Positions 1-14,457 of a DNA stretch of 64,000 bases are shown one piece after another. Every line of letters starts with the position of its first letter. Positions within the stretch are counted from its first letter, which is position 1. The notes under the pieces were generated by a model, which ran no database searches, was not told the DNA's origin, and saw only the letters and a list, made by a program, of their open reading frames with translations. The DNA comes from Octopus vulgaris. Its lineage: Eukaryota. Position numbers and translations under genes: made by a program. The stretch lies in the NCBI GenBank assembly GCA_951406725.2, contig OX597821.1, positions 112,034,001-112,098,000 on the forward strand, read 5' to 3'.

Positions 1-129
1 TAGTGATAGTAGTAGGTTGTCAGGAGTGAAGACTGATTTATAGAGAAAGAAAAAAAACCACCAGAGGGACACCTAACGAATTCAAATACATTAGTTACTA
101 ATATATATAATATGAGTGTGCGTGTGTGA

Positions 130-153
130 GTGTATACATACATAGATATATAC

Positions 154-198
<45 letters not shown>

Positions 199-222
199 TA
201 TACACACATATATATATATATA

Positions 223-272
<50 letters not shown>

Positions 273-334
273 ATACATATACATATATATATACACATAT
301 ATATATATATACATATATATATACACATATATAT

Positions 335-404
<70 letters not shown>

Positions 405-482
405 GCATATATATATACATATATATATACATACATATATATATACATATATACATACATACATATATATATACATATATAC

Positions 483-529
<47 letters not shown>

Positions 530-849
530 CATATATATATACATATATATATATACATATATACATATATATATATATACATACATATATACATATATAT
601 ATATACATATATATATATATACATATATACATATATATATATACATATATATATTTATATATATATATATACACATGTGTATATATATATACGTGTGTAT
701 ATATATATGTGTGTGTGTATATATATATATATATATACATACACACACATATGTACATATGTATGTATGTATATATATATATACATACATACATACCTAT
801 ACATATGCATGACTAATATTTCTCCCACCTTACTTAAAGTACAGATACA

Positions 850-891
<42 letters not shown>

Positions 892-965
892 GCATATACA
901 TGTGTGTGTATGTAAACACACATATACATACATACATACATTCATACACATGTATGTATGCATGC
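130..965. repeat. Compound (TA)n/(CA)n/(TACA)n microsatellite, representative of many (for example 10440-10800, 16650-17090, 21500-22280, 25630-26090, 54165-54590, 60530-60860)
   Basis: Direct inspection. Confidence 0.95.
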
Positions 966-1318
966 TTATGTTTGTGTATGTGTGATAAAGAGATTTGCTT
1001 TGAAAAAGTTAATGGACATTCAATACTGTATTGGCACTGTGGTAACCATCGCCATCATCATCACCATAACCATCACTATCAAAAATCACCATCATTTTTA
1101 ACGTCTAATTTTCCATGCTTACATTAAAAGTGACACATGGCTACAACTATCAAGCAGACACGGATACTCACACACACACACGATGGGCTTCTTTTAGTCT
1201 CCATCTACTGAATCCACCCACAAGACTTTGGTCGACCTCAGGCAATTAAAGACACTTGCCCATAGTGTCACACTGTGGAACAGGACCCAAAACTATGTCA
1301 TTGAGAAACTAGTCACAC

Positions 1319-1367
<49 letters not shown>

Positions 1368-1374
1368 CACATAG

Positions 1375-1565
1375 TCGCCATGATAGATCGTTAGCCACTA
1401 CACACATTTTATCTCTCCTTATTTTTTCTGTGTTCCTTTCTGTAGAAGAGCATAGGCTCGAAATGTAAAAGACTTTTTCTATTCCTGAGCATTATACTTA
1501 ATACATCTGTTTGTTTTGTACACCACCTGTCTTTGTCTTTTGTTTTTTTTCGTAAACTCTCCCCA
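1375..1565 (+). mobile_element. PLE-type short repeat (family J) with a degenerate hammerhead at 1436-1471
   Basis: CTTT-CTGTAGA-AGAGCATAGGCTC-GAAATGTA-AAAG; homologous to the inverted copy at 5605-5790. Confidence 0.55.
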
Positions 1566-2024
1566 TATATATATATATATATATATACATACATGTATAA
1601 ATAAATATAGGGATGGTATTATTAAAATACCATCACAAGTGGTAAGTGAATTATCTGCTGTACAGGCAAATTAATAAAATATATACATACAATATTAGAT
1701 ATGTACATATATACAGAAGGGTACATATAGGTACATGAGTACCTATATGGCTAATGATATACATATACATATATATCACCGTGACCGACCAGGCTATCAG
1801 ATGTTGCTACACATCGCTGGTCACAATGCAATTCGCATTGTTTTAGCCTTCAAATGATGCCACCCCGCTGGCTAAGTGAGTAGGCCAACATATACATGTA
1901 TATATGTAAATATAAATTCAGGGTGAATACTTGATAAATGTAAGCACCTGTATATGCCAGCTAGTAGCAGAGGTGAGAGGATATATGTATCAAATGAAAT
2001 CAAAAACAGAACACAAAGGATGTC

Positions 2025-2116
2025 GTGGTACACGTGTTTTAAGCTTTATAAAACAACTTATTCTTACATCAATGTATAATTGACATAACAGATGGTTTAA
2101 AGCTCTCTTCAGCCGC
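2025..2116 (-). ncRNA. Decayed hammerhead-like motif with a long stem II loop, in a PLE-type remnant
   Basis: Minus strand reads GCGG-CUGAAGA-GAGCUUUA...UAAAGCU-UAAAAC-ACGU-GUA-CCAC. CG-to-UA decay has removed C-GAAA; ACACGUGU is palindromic. Confidence 0.5.
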
Positions 2117-2311
2117 ATGCAATTGCTATACCAAAAACCTGCATCACATTATGAAAAGCCCGAAAAGGAACATTTGGTATTATCTATAATGGTAGGTATA
2201 CTGAGTTTCACTGAGAAAGTATGTTTGTAAATCTTCATAATCAAATAGGTGTGCAGGGTATTATTGTACCTCGAAAATCCGTCCATACTGTATCAACAGT
2301 CAATATAGAGG

Positions 2312-2350
<39 letters not shown>

Positions 2351-3237
2351 CATATATACATACATACATGTATATATATATATATACACACATACATTAT
2401 TGGACCTCGAAAATCCGTCCATACTGTATCATCAGTCAATATAGAGGCTGTATATATATATACATACATGTATATATATACATACATGTATATATGCATA
2501 CATATATATATACATACATATATATATACATACATATATATATACACATACATATATATATACACATACATATATATATACACATATATATATATATAAA
2601 GAAAGAGAGAGAGAGAGAAAAAGATAGAGGGACAAAGGCGTGTGTGTGTGTGTGTGTTGTTAATTCAACAAGACTCTCTCGCTGGTTCTTCTGTTCTTGC
2701 AGCCGACGCAGAAGTGGACCAATGTCGTCTTCAAAGTTTACGGAGTATTTCTCACAGCAGCATGAGATAAATTTAATATTATTGATTAACTTGATTGATT
2801 GAGCAATGAACTGCTTCAGCAAGTGTTTCTACAAGTGGACTTCACGTAAAAGTAATTGCTAACTCTTCACCAATTAAATACGTGTGCTCAGCATCCTGTT
2901 CTTTTGGAAACACTTAATACCACAAGAGAATAATATACACCCATACACACACACTGTTATATACGCACACACGCAGACACACACACACACACACACTGTA
3001 ATGTGAGGCAGTTAAGTGCTTATATATTCATTAACGTGATCGTGATGACTTTAATTACTTGAGAGCGTAGCCTCAACGTCTCACTTTTGTATTTGAGAAT
3101 AAGAAACCATTGTGGAATCGGGTTTCAGAACATAACGTGGCACCAGGCTTGGCTGTGTGGTAAGAAGTTTGCTTCCCGTCCGCATGGTTCTAGGTTCAGC
3201 CTCACTGAGCTGCCGTGGACGAGTGTATGTGTGTATT

Positions 3238-3337
<100 letters not shown>

Positions 3338-3401
3338 GGAGTAAACACATAAATGTGAAACAAGGTGGAAAAAAGAGTCCTCAAATACCAGTGGTAGAGT
3401 A

Positions 3402-3580
3402 ATATGCTTTATTTAAAGCAGCAGAAAATTCAACAAAACCTGTTACTCTGAGTTTCCTGTTGCTGTTCATCGGACAGTTTTTGCTAGAAAGTTTGCTAGC
3501 AAAAACTGTCCGATGAACGGCAACGGGAACTCAGAGTAACAGGTTTTGTTGAATTTTCTGCTGCTTTAAATAAAGTATAT
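3402..3580. repeat. Long inverted repeat (86/85-bp arms, 8-bp spacer) made from a PLE-type tail; each arm carries a hammerhead variant
   Basis: 3402-3487 is the reverse complement of 3496-3580 with 3 substitutions and 1 indel. Motif: CTGT-CCGATGA-ACGGCAACG-G(A)AAC-TCAGAG-TA-ACAG. Confidence 0.9.
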
Positions 3581-5604
3581 ATATATATATATAGGCGTAG
3601 GAGTGGCTGTGTGGTAAGTAGCTTGCTTATGAACCACATTGAGCGAAAGGTAAGATGATTACATTGGCTCCAGCACTTGATTGATGCATTATATTTTATT
3701 GTCGGTGCCACCTGACAGGCTCCCATGCCAGTGGTACATAAAAAAGCACCATTTGAGTGCGATCAATGCCAGTGCCGTCTGACTGGCTCCCATGCTGGTG
3801 GCACATAAAAAGCACCATTTAATGTGGTCGATGCCAGTGCTGCCTGACTGGCTCCTGTGTTGGTGACACATAAAAAGCACCCACAACATGCTCAGAATGG
3901 TTGGCATTAGGAAGGGCATCCAGCAGTAGAAAACCATGCCAAATCAGATTGGAGCCTGGTACAGCCTTCTAGTTTGCCAGTCCTCACTCAAACCGTCCAA
4001 CCCATGCCAGCATGGAAAGTGGACATTAAACAATGATGATAACCGCAGTGGGGGATAAAAGGCAAAAATGGATCCCAGTGGAAATTGAACTTGGAATGTA
4101 GTCCAATGCTCCAACAATTCTTCCAGGTCACCACCTTGAAAGCAATGATACCAATGTTGGTCCCAGTGGGATAAAAGGCGAACATGGAACCCAGTGGAAT
4201 TTGAAATTAGAATGTAATGTGTCGGAAGAAAAATTGCAAGGCATTTTGTCTGATGTTCTAACAATTGTTCCAGGTCACCACTTCGAAGGAAATAACACCA
4301 ATGTTATTTTTCTAAAATTCTTCTAAATTTTCAAAATTAATTGAAACAAAAGGCAGTGTATTTCAACAGAAAAATGGTAACAAAAGAGTTGAATCAATTC
4401 TTTCATAAAAAAATATAAAAACAATTCCAAAATAAATAAATATAATCAAAATAAAGCCTAAAGGTCAATCCTCAAAAACAACAGAAAATTTCTGTCACCC
4501 CTTTGACACCCAAACTTCACCCCAAACTCCTGATCTTCATCTTTCATTAGACATTCTACACCTTTCTTATACTTAATGACAAACGTCAGTTTGTCTGGAA
4601 ACATTCGCTCCCAGGAGAACCACTGGTAGATGACTGACAATCACAATATGATATCTTCTGCAAGTATCAATGAAATACAGCGGAATAATAACACACACTC
4701 CTCGTTTTTTACACCCGTCTTTTTTCCATGTTTTGTTTGTTGCCTTTTTTGCATTCTTTTGAGAAAATCTATCCAAAAAACTGCTAACACAATCCATCAT
4801 CAATTGGTAGAAAAATAAAGAAAGAACAAAAAAACTCTGACAAGAATTTTCCAAGCCACTTTGTAAACAGTCAATCTAAATTAGTGATGTATATAAAACA
4901 GGATATTTTGGTAAAACAAAAAAAACAAAACCAAAAAAAATGCATCTTTTATTTTATTGTTTTATTTTAACAAATTATTTTAGTTATTTTATTTCTTTTC
5001 TTTCTTTTGTTTTTTCTATTTTTTTTTTCTTAAAAAAAAAATTAGAATAAATTCTGTAGGGATTTTCTGAATTGTTGAGGAAGGAACAAAACAATTTCTA
5101 AGAAACAAAAATGGTGGAGAGGGTGGGGAGGGGATGGGAGGGTGAAAGTAGCAAAGGAGGAGGAGAAAGAGGAGAAAAAAGAAGAAGAGAGGAAAAAGAG
5201 GAGGAAGAGGAGTGAATAAGTTTTCCTCATAAATCTCAGCCAACAAACTTACTTTATTGTTATTGTCTGCTGAAAATTCTGGCCAATAAGAGAGCTGATA
5301 GGGTCATGTGATCTGCTAGGAGAGCCCAGAAAGGAGCTCATAATATATATTATATGTGAGGGTGAATTGAGGTACACAATACAGGTGTTTACTTCATGAA
5401 GCACAACAACAGGTTGTAGAGAAAAAACTAGAAAGGGAGTAGCTCCCTTATTAAACTACTGGCCGAATGAAAAAAAAAAAAAAAAAAAGGAATTCACAAA
5501 TCACTCACAGAACATCAAGAAAACATTGAAGAATGGAGTTGTTATTTTTACTGTATGAAGATATCTATATATATGTATATATATATATATATATATGTGT
5601 ATAT

Positions 5605-5790
5605 TGTGAGAATTTACAAAAAAACGAAAGATGAAGACGGGTGTGTAAGCAACAAACAGATGTATTAATTTAATGCTCAGGAAGTGAGGAAGTCTTTTAC
5701 GTTTCGAGCCTATGCTCTTCGACAGAAAGAAACACAGGAATAAACAGGGAGAGAAAATAGAATAAGGTTTAGTGGCTAGCGATCTATCAT
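5605..5790 (-). mobile_element. PLE-type short repeat (family J) with a hammerhead variant at 5693-5730
   Basis: Minus strand TCTTT-CTGTCGA-AGAGCATAGGCTC-GAAACGTA-AAAGA; 5-bp stem I and 4-bp stem II. Confidence 0.55.
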
Positions 5791-8700
5791 GATGAATATA
5801 TATATATATATGTGTGTGTGTGTAAGGCGGTGAGCTGGCAGAAAAGTTAGCACACTGGGTGAAATGCTTGGCAGTATTTCGTCTGTCTTTATGCTCTGAG
5901 TTCAAATTCTGCCAAGGTCGACTTTGGCTTTCATCCTTTTGGGGATGATAAATTAAGTACCAGTTGCATACTGAGGTTAATCTAATCAACTGGCGCCCCC
6001 ACCTCTCCAAAAATTACGGGCTTTGTGCCTAGAGTAGAAATGAATATTTATATATATATGTGTGTGTGTGTGTGTGTATGTGTGCTGGAGCCACATTAAA
6101 TGCACCCAGCATACAATGTAAAATGGTTGGCATTAGGAAGGGCATCCAGACGTAGAAACCATGCCAAAACAGACATTTGAAATCTGGGAAGCTCTCTGTC
6201 TGGCCAGCTCCTGTGAAACTGTCCAACCCATGCCAGCATGGCAAACAAATTTTAAACAATGATGATGATGATGATATATATATATTATATACTTGAATAT
6301 ATGTATTGCATGACCTTGGGGGTGCAAAAAAAGAACATCCAGTACACTCTGTAAAATGGCTGGCATTAGGAAGGGCAACCAGTCATAGAAACCATGCTGA
6401 AGTAGACAATAGAGCTTGGTATAGTTCTCAAACTTTTCAGCTCTTGTCAGACAGGCCAACCCATGTCAGCACAGAAATGAACATTAAATGAAATAGTGTG
6501 TGTGTGTATGTATGTATCTATTTATCTACATAAATTGTTCAGGTGAATGCATACAGTTCTTAAAACAAATGCTTGATAGGATGCTTACACTGTTTCAGCT
6601 GCAAAGCCTTTCAATATTGTTCATATCACTGGAATTCATTTGGACAAATACATGCATAAATTTGAAAAACAAAACATAAAAAGACTTCCATTTAGCTCAG
6701 CATGTATAGACAAAGTGAAGGGAAAATAGGTCACATCGTTTACTATATGTATTCATGTTTCTTTTTCACTGAACAAAGTAAAGGATTCCTTAAGGTGCAT
6801 TGAATTGACTAATTTGAATCTGATATCAAACACAAACCCAGTCAGGTTCCAACTGTGAACACATGCTAGCAATAATTATTTCATACAATATTATAAAATT
6901 AACAAATAGCTTTTTGTTTGTTACTATAAAACAAGCATAGCTGTGTGGTTAAGGTGTTTGTTTTTTAACTATATGGTCTAAAGTTCAATTCCACAGTGTG
7001 GTACCTTGCATAGGTATTAACAGAAAGGTGGCGAGCTGGCAGAATCATTAGCATGCTGGATGAAATGCTTAGCGGTATTTCGTCTGCCACTACATTCTGA
7101 GTTCAAATTCCGCCGAGGTCGACTTTGCCTTTCATCCTTTCAGGGTCGATTAAATAAGTACCAGTTACACACTGGGGTCGATATAATCGACTTAATCCAT
7201 TTGTCTGTCCATGTAAAGAAAATAGTATTAACAGAAAGGTTAACTCGATCTGACCTCTGCAAGAATGGAAAAGTAGACGTATGGTGATGACAACGAACAA
7301 GGAGCTAGACTAAATATTGCCATGGGCTATCTCACATATTGGTTTCTGAAATGAAACCCCTGGTAGCATACTAAAAACTAGAATCTGTAAAGTTTATTGC
7401 ATCATATTTCTGCAATCAAAAGGCCTTTTAAACTCATTGTGCTTTCTATACTTCTGAGAATAATTAAATTAATGAGCAGTAAAAGTAATTAATATACTGG
7501 GAATGGGGGTTAGTTGTCTATTAGATTACATTTCAACCCCTTATGAAATGCCCCTAGTGCTTAGGTTGTGTGTGAGGGGATAGTGATTATCATTATAGTT
7601 ATTGCTTTGTTCCTTATTACTGTTTTTGGTATAAAGCTACAACAACAACAATAATAATAATGATAATAATAATAATAATCATAATCATGATAATAATAAT
7701 AATAATGATGATGATGATAATATTATTATTGTTGCTGTTGATGTTAATGTGAGAAAAACCTCCCTTATCATTGTCACCACCATTGCCACCATAATCAGCA
7801 TCACCAACGCCATTATACTTGTCATCACCATCATTACTACCACTGCTGCCACTACTACTACCACCACCACCACCACCACCACCACTGTCTCCATCATCAT
7901 CATCATCATCACTGCCATCATAATTATCATCACCATTGCAATTATCATTATCACCACCACCGCCACGATTATCATCATCATCATCATCATCACAACAACA
8001 ACAACAGCAATAATACCAGTAACAACGAATGTAGCGGAGAGTGAGTGGGTGTACAAAAATCAAAGAAGGAAATGGTAATGGTTATCTGAAATTAGCTTCT
8101 GAAGAACTCTCAATAATAAAAGACAACAACAACAACAACAGCAATTTCTGAAAAAAAAAAAAAAAAAAAAGCCAAATAACAAAAACAACTTTTGGTGAGG
8201 TCGATGATCAGCATTGTAACTGTTGTTGTTGTTGTTGTTTGGTATTTATTCAATAAGCAGCTGAAGTGAAAATCCACAAGAAAAATCAATAATTGTGTTT
8301 GGAATAGCAACAGCCATTCACAGATGAAGATAAATGCTATATTCGAAAAAGCGAAGGTTCACATACCGAAATATATTTCGGTTAAACAAAATGGAGACTC
8401 TTCATGAAGGAATGCAAACTCTTCTCTTCCTCTCTCTCTCTCTTTTAGAATCTAGCCTGTTGGTTCTTTGTTTTTAATCGAGCTTGCAGTTTTGGTGCCA
8501 GACCATTTTTTTCTTGTAGCCACAGCTGCCTGCAAGAATTCCATATCAATTCCAGCTCTTTTCCTACTTGCCCCAACACACTAATAATTGTACAAATGGT
8601 ACAAGGCTAAAAACTAATGATATCTAAATTAAATCTTGTCTTATTAATTCATTCATTTGCTTTTTTTTCTATTTTGTTGTTGTTATTATTATTGCTATTA

Positions 8701-10497
8701 TTATTAAAAAGGCGGTAAGGTGGCAGAACAGTTATCACGCCAGACAAAATGCTTAGTGGTATTTCAACTGTCTTCATGGTCCGGGTTCAAATTCCGCTGA
8801 AGTCAACTTTGCCTTTCATCCATTCGGGGTCGATAAATTAAGTACCAGTTACGCCCTGGGGTTGATGTAATCGACTATCCCACTCCCACAAAGTTTCAGC
8901 CCTTGTGCCTATAGCAGAAAGGATTATCATTATTATTATTATTATTATTATTTTCAAGGTGGCACACTGGTAAAATTGTTAGCATGTTGGGTGAAATGCA
9001 TAGTGGAGTGGTTGGCGTTAGGAAGGGCATCCAGCTGTAGAAACACTGCCAGATCGGATTGGAGCCTGGTGCAGCTACTGGCTCCCCAGACCTCAGTCAA
9101 ACCATCCAACCCATGCAGGCATGGAAAACGGATGTTAAACGACGATGATGACTGCATTGACAGTGTTTCATGCAGATGTGTGCAGTGCCTAGTAACGCTA
9201 TTTCCTGTATGTTACATAAACTTGTTAGTTTTGGCATTTTGTTATGTATTTGTCTGAAATTTTTTTTTATCATAACTAATGTACCTATTATGACAGGAAT
9301 TATTTGTTTTTAGGTTCCACATTCTTCTATTTCCAGGTCTTTGATTTTATTATCATTATTATTATTATTATTATAGATGTCGCACAGTATACAATATCAT
9401 TAATCTCTCATGAAATTGTACAAAGCCACCCCACTCAATACTTCTCCATCCTTCCCGTTGGGGAGTTTTTGTCATGCAACATACTCAGTAACCCTGTTGG
9501 TGTTGGTGTGATATAAAAAGCACTGGTGATGGACCCACGTAAAAAGCACTGATGGTGGTTCCATGTAAAAGGCACCAGTGCTGGTGCCAAATAAAAAGCA
9601 ATAATGCTGGTGTGACATGATGGTACCATGCAAAATGCACTGGTACTGGTACCACATAAAAAGCACCACTGCTGTTGCCACAGAGAAAGCAAGATGCTGG
9701 TGTCACATAAAAAGTACTGGTGGTGGTTCCATGTAAAAAGCACTGGTAACCATGCCACATAAAAAGCATCCAGTGCACTCTGTAAAGTGGTTGACATTAG
9801 AAACAGCAACCAGCCATAGCAACCATGCCGAAACAGACAATGGAGTCTAGTGCAGGTTCCCAGTTTACCATCCACTCTCAAACCATCCAACACATGCCAA
9901 CATTGAAAACGGATTTTAAATGACGATGATATATATAATGGGCTTCCTCACAGTTGCCAAAGTCATTCACAAGGCATTGACGGGCCTGGGGCTATAGTCG
10001 AAAAGCGGATGTCAAAACAATGACGACGGTCCTTCCTTTCACAAAACGGTAAAACGTGATTTGAAATGAAAAGTGCCAGACACGAACACCATCAAGCAAA
10101 ACAGATTTCGACAAGCTTTTAGTTCTTGGAAGTTTGGTAATTGCCAGATATTCTTGTAAACTTCAAAAGTTTTTAAAATAGTCATTTAGTAAAAGACTTT
10201 TGTTAAACAAAGTCATACCTTTTTTATTTTTTGCATTCTTTTGTGTCGGTAAAATGTAATCGTTGTTGATGAAGTAAATGTATTGTATGAATATTAATGG
10301 TGGTAAATAATAAAATAAAATATAAAAACAAATAAATAATTGCAATTATTGTGGAAATTAATTATGAATAGCATGACTGAAGTTCGGTGACAACGGAAGT
10401 GTTTTCATATATCAATAGAATATATTTTACCTTTTACGTATCTATATATACATATGTGTGTGTGTGCATGTGTGTGTGTATCTATATATATATATAT

Positions 10498-10540
<43 letters not shown>

Positions 10541-10570
10541 CATATATATACATACACACACACATATATA

Positions 10571-10614
<44 letters not shown>

Positions 10615-10716
10615 ATATATAAATCTATATACATGCACACACACTATATATGTATGTATATATATAAACATATATACAAATATGCATACCCACATATATA
10701 TATAATTATACACACG

Positions 10717-10756
<40 letters not shown>

Positions 10757-12429
10757 ACTATGTACACACACATGCAATATATATATATATCACACAAATA
10801 TATGTATGAACAGACATATTCCTGACCATGTTTACTAGTGAGAGAGATCTATGCTCACCATTGTAGAATGATCTATTTTCTTTAATCAAATCAATTTAAA
10901 ATTACAAAAATATATCATCTATAAATTAAGACGAAAAGAAGGTAAATAAAATATAACAAAATTAAATGCAATAAAATAAAACAGGTAAATTCGTTATTGG
11001 TCAAGGTAAATAATACCATTATCAATTTATCATGAACTTTTCTTAGAAATATTATGGTATAAGTTTAAAATCTTTGTTGTTATGTGTGAACCAAGTAACA
11101 CAATCATGTTACCTGGTGATGCTTTGTTACCTGCAGTACAAGAGATCGCATCTACAGTCAGCAGTATATCCCTTTTACTTCTTTCAGGCATTTGACTGTG
11201 GCCATGCTGGAGTACTGCCTTTAGTCAAGCAATTCAACCCTGGGACTTATTCTTTGTAAGCCTAGTACTTATTCTATCGGTCTCTCTTGCAGAAACCGCT
11301 AAGTGACCGGGATGTAAACACAGACACACAAACATATACACACACATACATATATATATATACGATGGGCTTCTTTCAGTTTCCATCAACCAAATCCACT
11401 CACAAGGCTTTGGTTGGCCAGAGGCTATAGTAGAAGACACTTCCCCAAGGTACCACACAGTGGGATTGAACCTGGAACCATGGGGTTCGTAAGCAAGCTA
11501 CTTACCACACAGCCACTCCTACCTTTTCTTTTTAACTTGTTTCTGTCATTAGACTGTGGCCATGCTGGGGCACCGCCTTGAAGGATTTTAGTTGAACAAT
11601 TAGACCCTAACACTTATTTTAGCTTAAAGCCTACAACTTATTCCATCAGTCTCTTTTGCCAGACTGCTAAGTTACTGGGACACGAACACACCAATAGCCA
11701 CTAACAAGTAGTGATGGAAGATAAACACACACACACACATGATGGGCTTCTTTCAGTTTCCATCAACCAAATCCACTAACAAGGTTTTGGTCAGCTGGAG
11801 GTTATAGCAAAAGACAATCACCCAAGGTGTCACACAGTGGGACTGAACTCAGAACTTTGCGTTTGGGAAGCAAGCGTCTTACCACACAGCCTAGAATTAT
11901 GAATTAACATGAAATTCTAATGACAAATTTTTATTTAGATCACTTTAATCCAGAGAAATTGTATCACAGAATCAAGAGAAATTCCTGACAGTTTGGCATC
12001 AAAAGGGTTTGCAGACAATACTCTGCTGCATGCATGTCGGTCCGTTGTCCAGTTTGGGGGTTATCAACCTCTCATTTGTCATAAGACTTGTAGTGGATTA
12101 CGAGCACTACCTCTCCCCCTGACTAAAAAAAAAAAAACAGAAAAGAAAAAAAAACCAAGAGGACTTGAAATATGTTCTGAGACTAAGCATTATTACAAAG
12201 AATCCGTGCCATCTGGAGCTGAAGAAATATATGTCTTTTGTTAGCTATGTTCACCGGCCAGCCATTTATTTATTTATTTAAGAATAAAAATAATAAAAAT
12301 GTGTACATTTATGAATATTTATGTGTTATAAATTAGTGTGATAAATAAAGTCTTCGCATTTTTTTCCCTGTCAAGATAGACATTACCATTAATCGATGAT
12401 CGGCTCCATTGACTGTTCCACAGAACATC

Positions 12430-12472
<43 letters not shown>

Positions 12473-13144
12473 ATTATCATTATCATCATCATTATTATAG
12501 TTATTGCAATTATTATTTGTATTATTACTGTCTTTTGGTTTTTCTGGTAAATGGGTGAAATGAGGCATGTAGAATTAATTGCTCTACCCACTGCCACAAG
12601 AAAAAAAAGAGGGGGGACAGAAACACAAAAGAGAAAAAAAAAGAGAGAAAATCAAAAGAAAAAAAAGATGAGAAGCATACTGCAAAGAATTCTTCTGTGA
12701 ATTAGAACTCACAAACCTTGAGTAACAGCCAAAATGTTTCACCATTTGTTCCACTAACTGGTTAGTAATTTTATCAAATGGTGGATTGCCAAAATTATCA
12801 AAGCATTGGTGTTGTATTGTGACCGGTTACAATCTGAGTTCAAACACAACTTAAGTCTTTTTTTTGGCTTTCATCTTTCTGAGGTCAATTAAAAAAAAGG
12901 AACCGTTATATATTGGGACCCAGGTGGCTATGAATATCCTTGGAAAGCATCTGAGACCTGAATGGAATTACGATAGATGACAAAGACTGTGAACAATATG
13001 CTAGTCTACTGCGGGGTTACTCATTTAAAACTAAGTAAACAGGAGCAGTATGGAGTGCTCAAGAACAAAACACACTGCTTGATCTGGAATTGAAACTGTG
13101 ACCATGTGATTATGAATCCAACAGTCTAAACACAAGGGTATATT

Positions 13145-13545
13145 ATTTTCTACTCTAGGCACAAGGCCAGAAATTTTGTGGGAGGTGGGGAGACAGTCGA
13201 TTAGGTCAACCCCAGTATGCAACTGGTACTTAATTTATTGACCCCGAAAGGATGAAAGGCAATGTCGACCTTGGTGGAATTTGAACTCAGAACGTAAAGA
13301 CAGATGAAATACCTATTTCTTTACAACCCACAAGGGGCTAAACACAGAGAGGACAAACAAGGATAGATAAATGGATTAAATCTATTATATCGACCCCAGT
13401 GCATAACTGGTACTTAATTTATCAATCTCGAAAGGATGAAAGGCAATGTCGACCTCGGTGGAATTTGAACTCAGAACGTAAAGACAGACGAAATACCACT
13501 AAGCATTTCACCTGGTGTGCCAATGTTTCTGCCAGCTTCCTGCCT
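13145..13545 (-). mobile_element. SINE family A partial tandem dimer
   Basis: A full unit whose tail joins a second, headless unit at 13313/13314. Confidence 0.8.
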
Positions 13546-13734
13546 TGAACATACAAGGTTATATTGCCTACTCACTAGCTATTACAAGGAAATAATCATT
13601 GTGGCATAATTGGAAACAATCTGAAACAGAATTCCTCCTGAGCACGATGCCCCCCTGTCACGGGGTAACTCAAAGCTTCCTGGAGCAACATGAAAAAAAT
13701 CTTGTTGTATATATATAGAGATATATATATATTT

Positions 13735-14455
13735 ATTCTTTTACTTATTTCAGTCATTTGACTACAGCCATGCTGGAGCACCACCATTAGTTGAACAAAT
13801 TGAGCCCAGGACTTATTCTTTGTAAGTCTAGTACTTATTCTATCGGTCTCTTTTGCCAAACTGCTAAGTTACAGAGACGTACACACAGACACACACACAC
13901 ACACACACACAAACATACATATGTATGATGGGCTTCTTTCAGTTTCCATCAACCAAATCCCCTCACAAGGACCCAAGGCTATAGTAGAAGACATTTGCCC
14001 AAGTTGCCATGTAATGGGACTGAACCCGGAACCATGTGGTTTGGAAACAAACTTGTTACCACACAACCACTCCTGCACCTATGTAGACGAAGGCATGGCT
14101 GTGTGGTAGGAAGCTTGCTTCCCAACCACATGATTCTGGGTTCGATCTCACTGCGTGGCACATTGGGCAAGTGTCTTTTGCTATAGTCTTAGGTTAACCA
14201 AAGCCTTGTGAGTGGATTTGGTAGACGGAAACTGAAAGAAGCCTGAGTGTACGTGCAAGTTTTTATGTCTGTGTTTGTCCACCACTACTACTTGATAAAT
14301 GGTAATGGTGTCTTTGGCAAAAAGGGACCGATGGAATAAGTACCAGGCTCCACAAAAATATGTACAGGGGTCGATTCATTCACCTGAAAATTCTATAAGG
14401 TAGGTGCCCCAGCATGGCCACAGTCTAATGACTGAAACAAGTAAAAGATAAAAGA
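13735..14455. mobile_element. Head-to-head pair of family B SINEs
   Basis: A minus copy at ~13735-14079 and a plus copy at ~14086-14455, separated by only a few bp. Confidence 0.8.
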
Positions 14456-14457
14456 AA

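Noticed and set aside
91-985. Long [12 protein letters not shown] ORFs here and throughout the window
   Set aside because: They are translations of (TA)n/(CA)n microsatellites, which simply lack stop codons.
2660-2830. Minus-strand peptide [25 protein letters not shown] as the next glypican exon
   Set aside because: There is no phase-2 acceptor in that frame, no donor and no NPEV-like motif.
4584-4657. Possible terminal exon KISYCDCQSSTSGSPGSECFQTN* after ttgcag
   Set aside because: It has no hydrophobic GPI signal or recognisable homology, and the acceptor is weak.
9490-9780. CRISPR-like short repeats (also 31268-31717)
   Set aside because: The context is eukaryotic, there are no unique spacers or cas genes, and the units are family C internal repeats.
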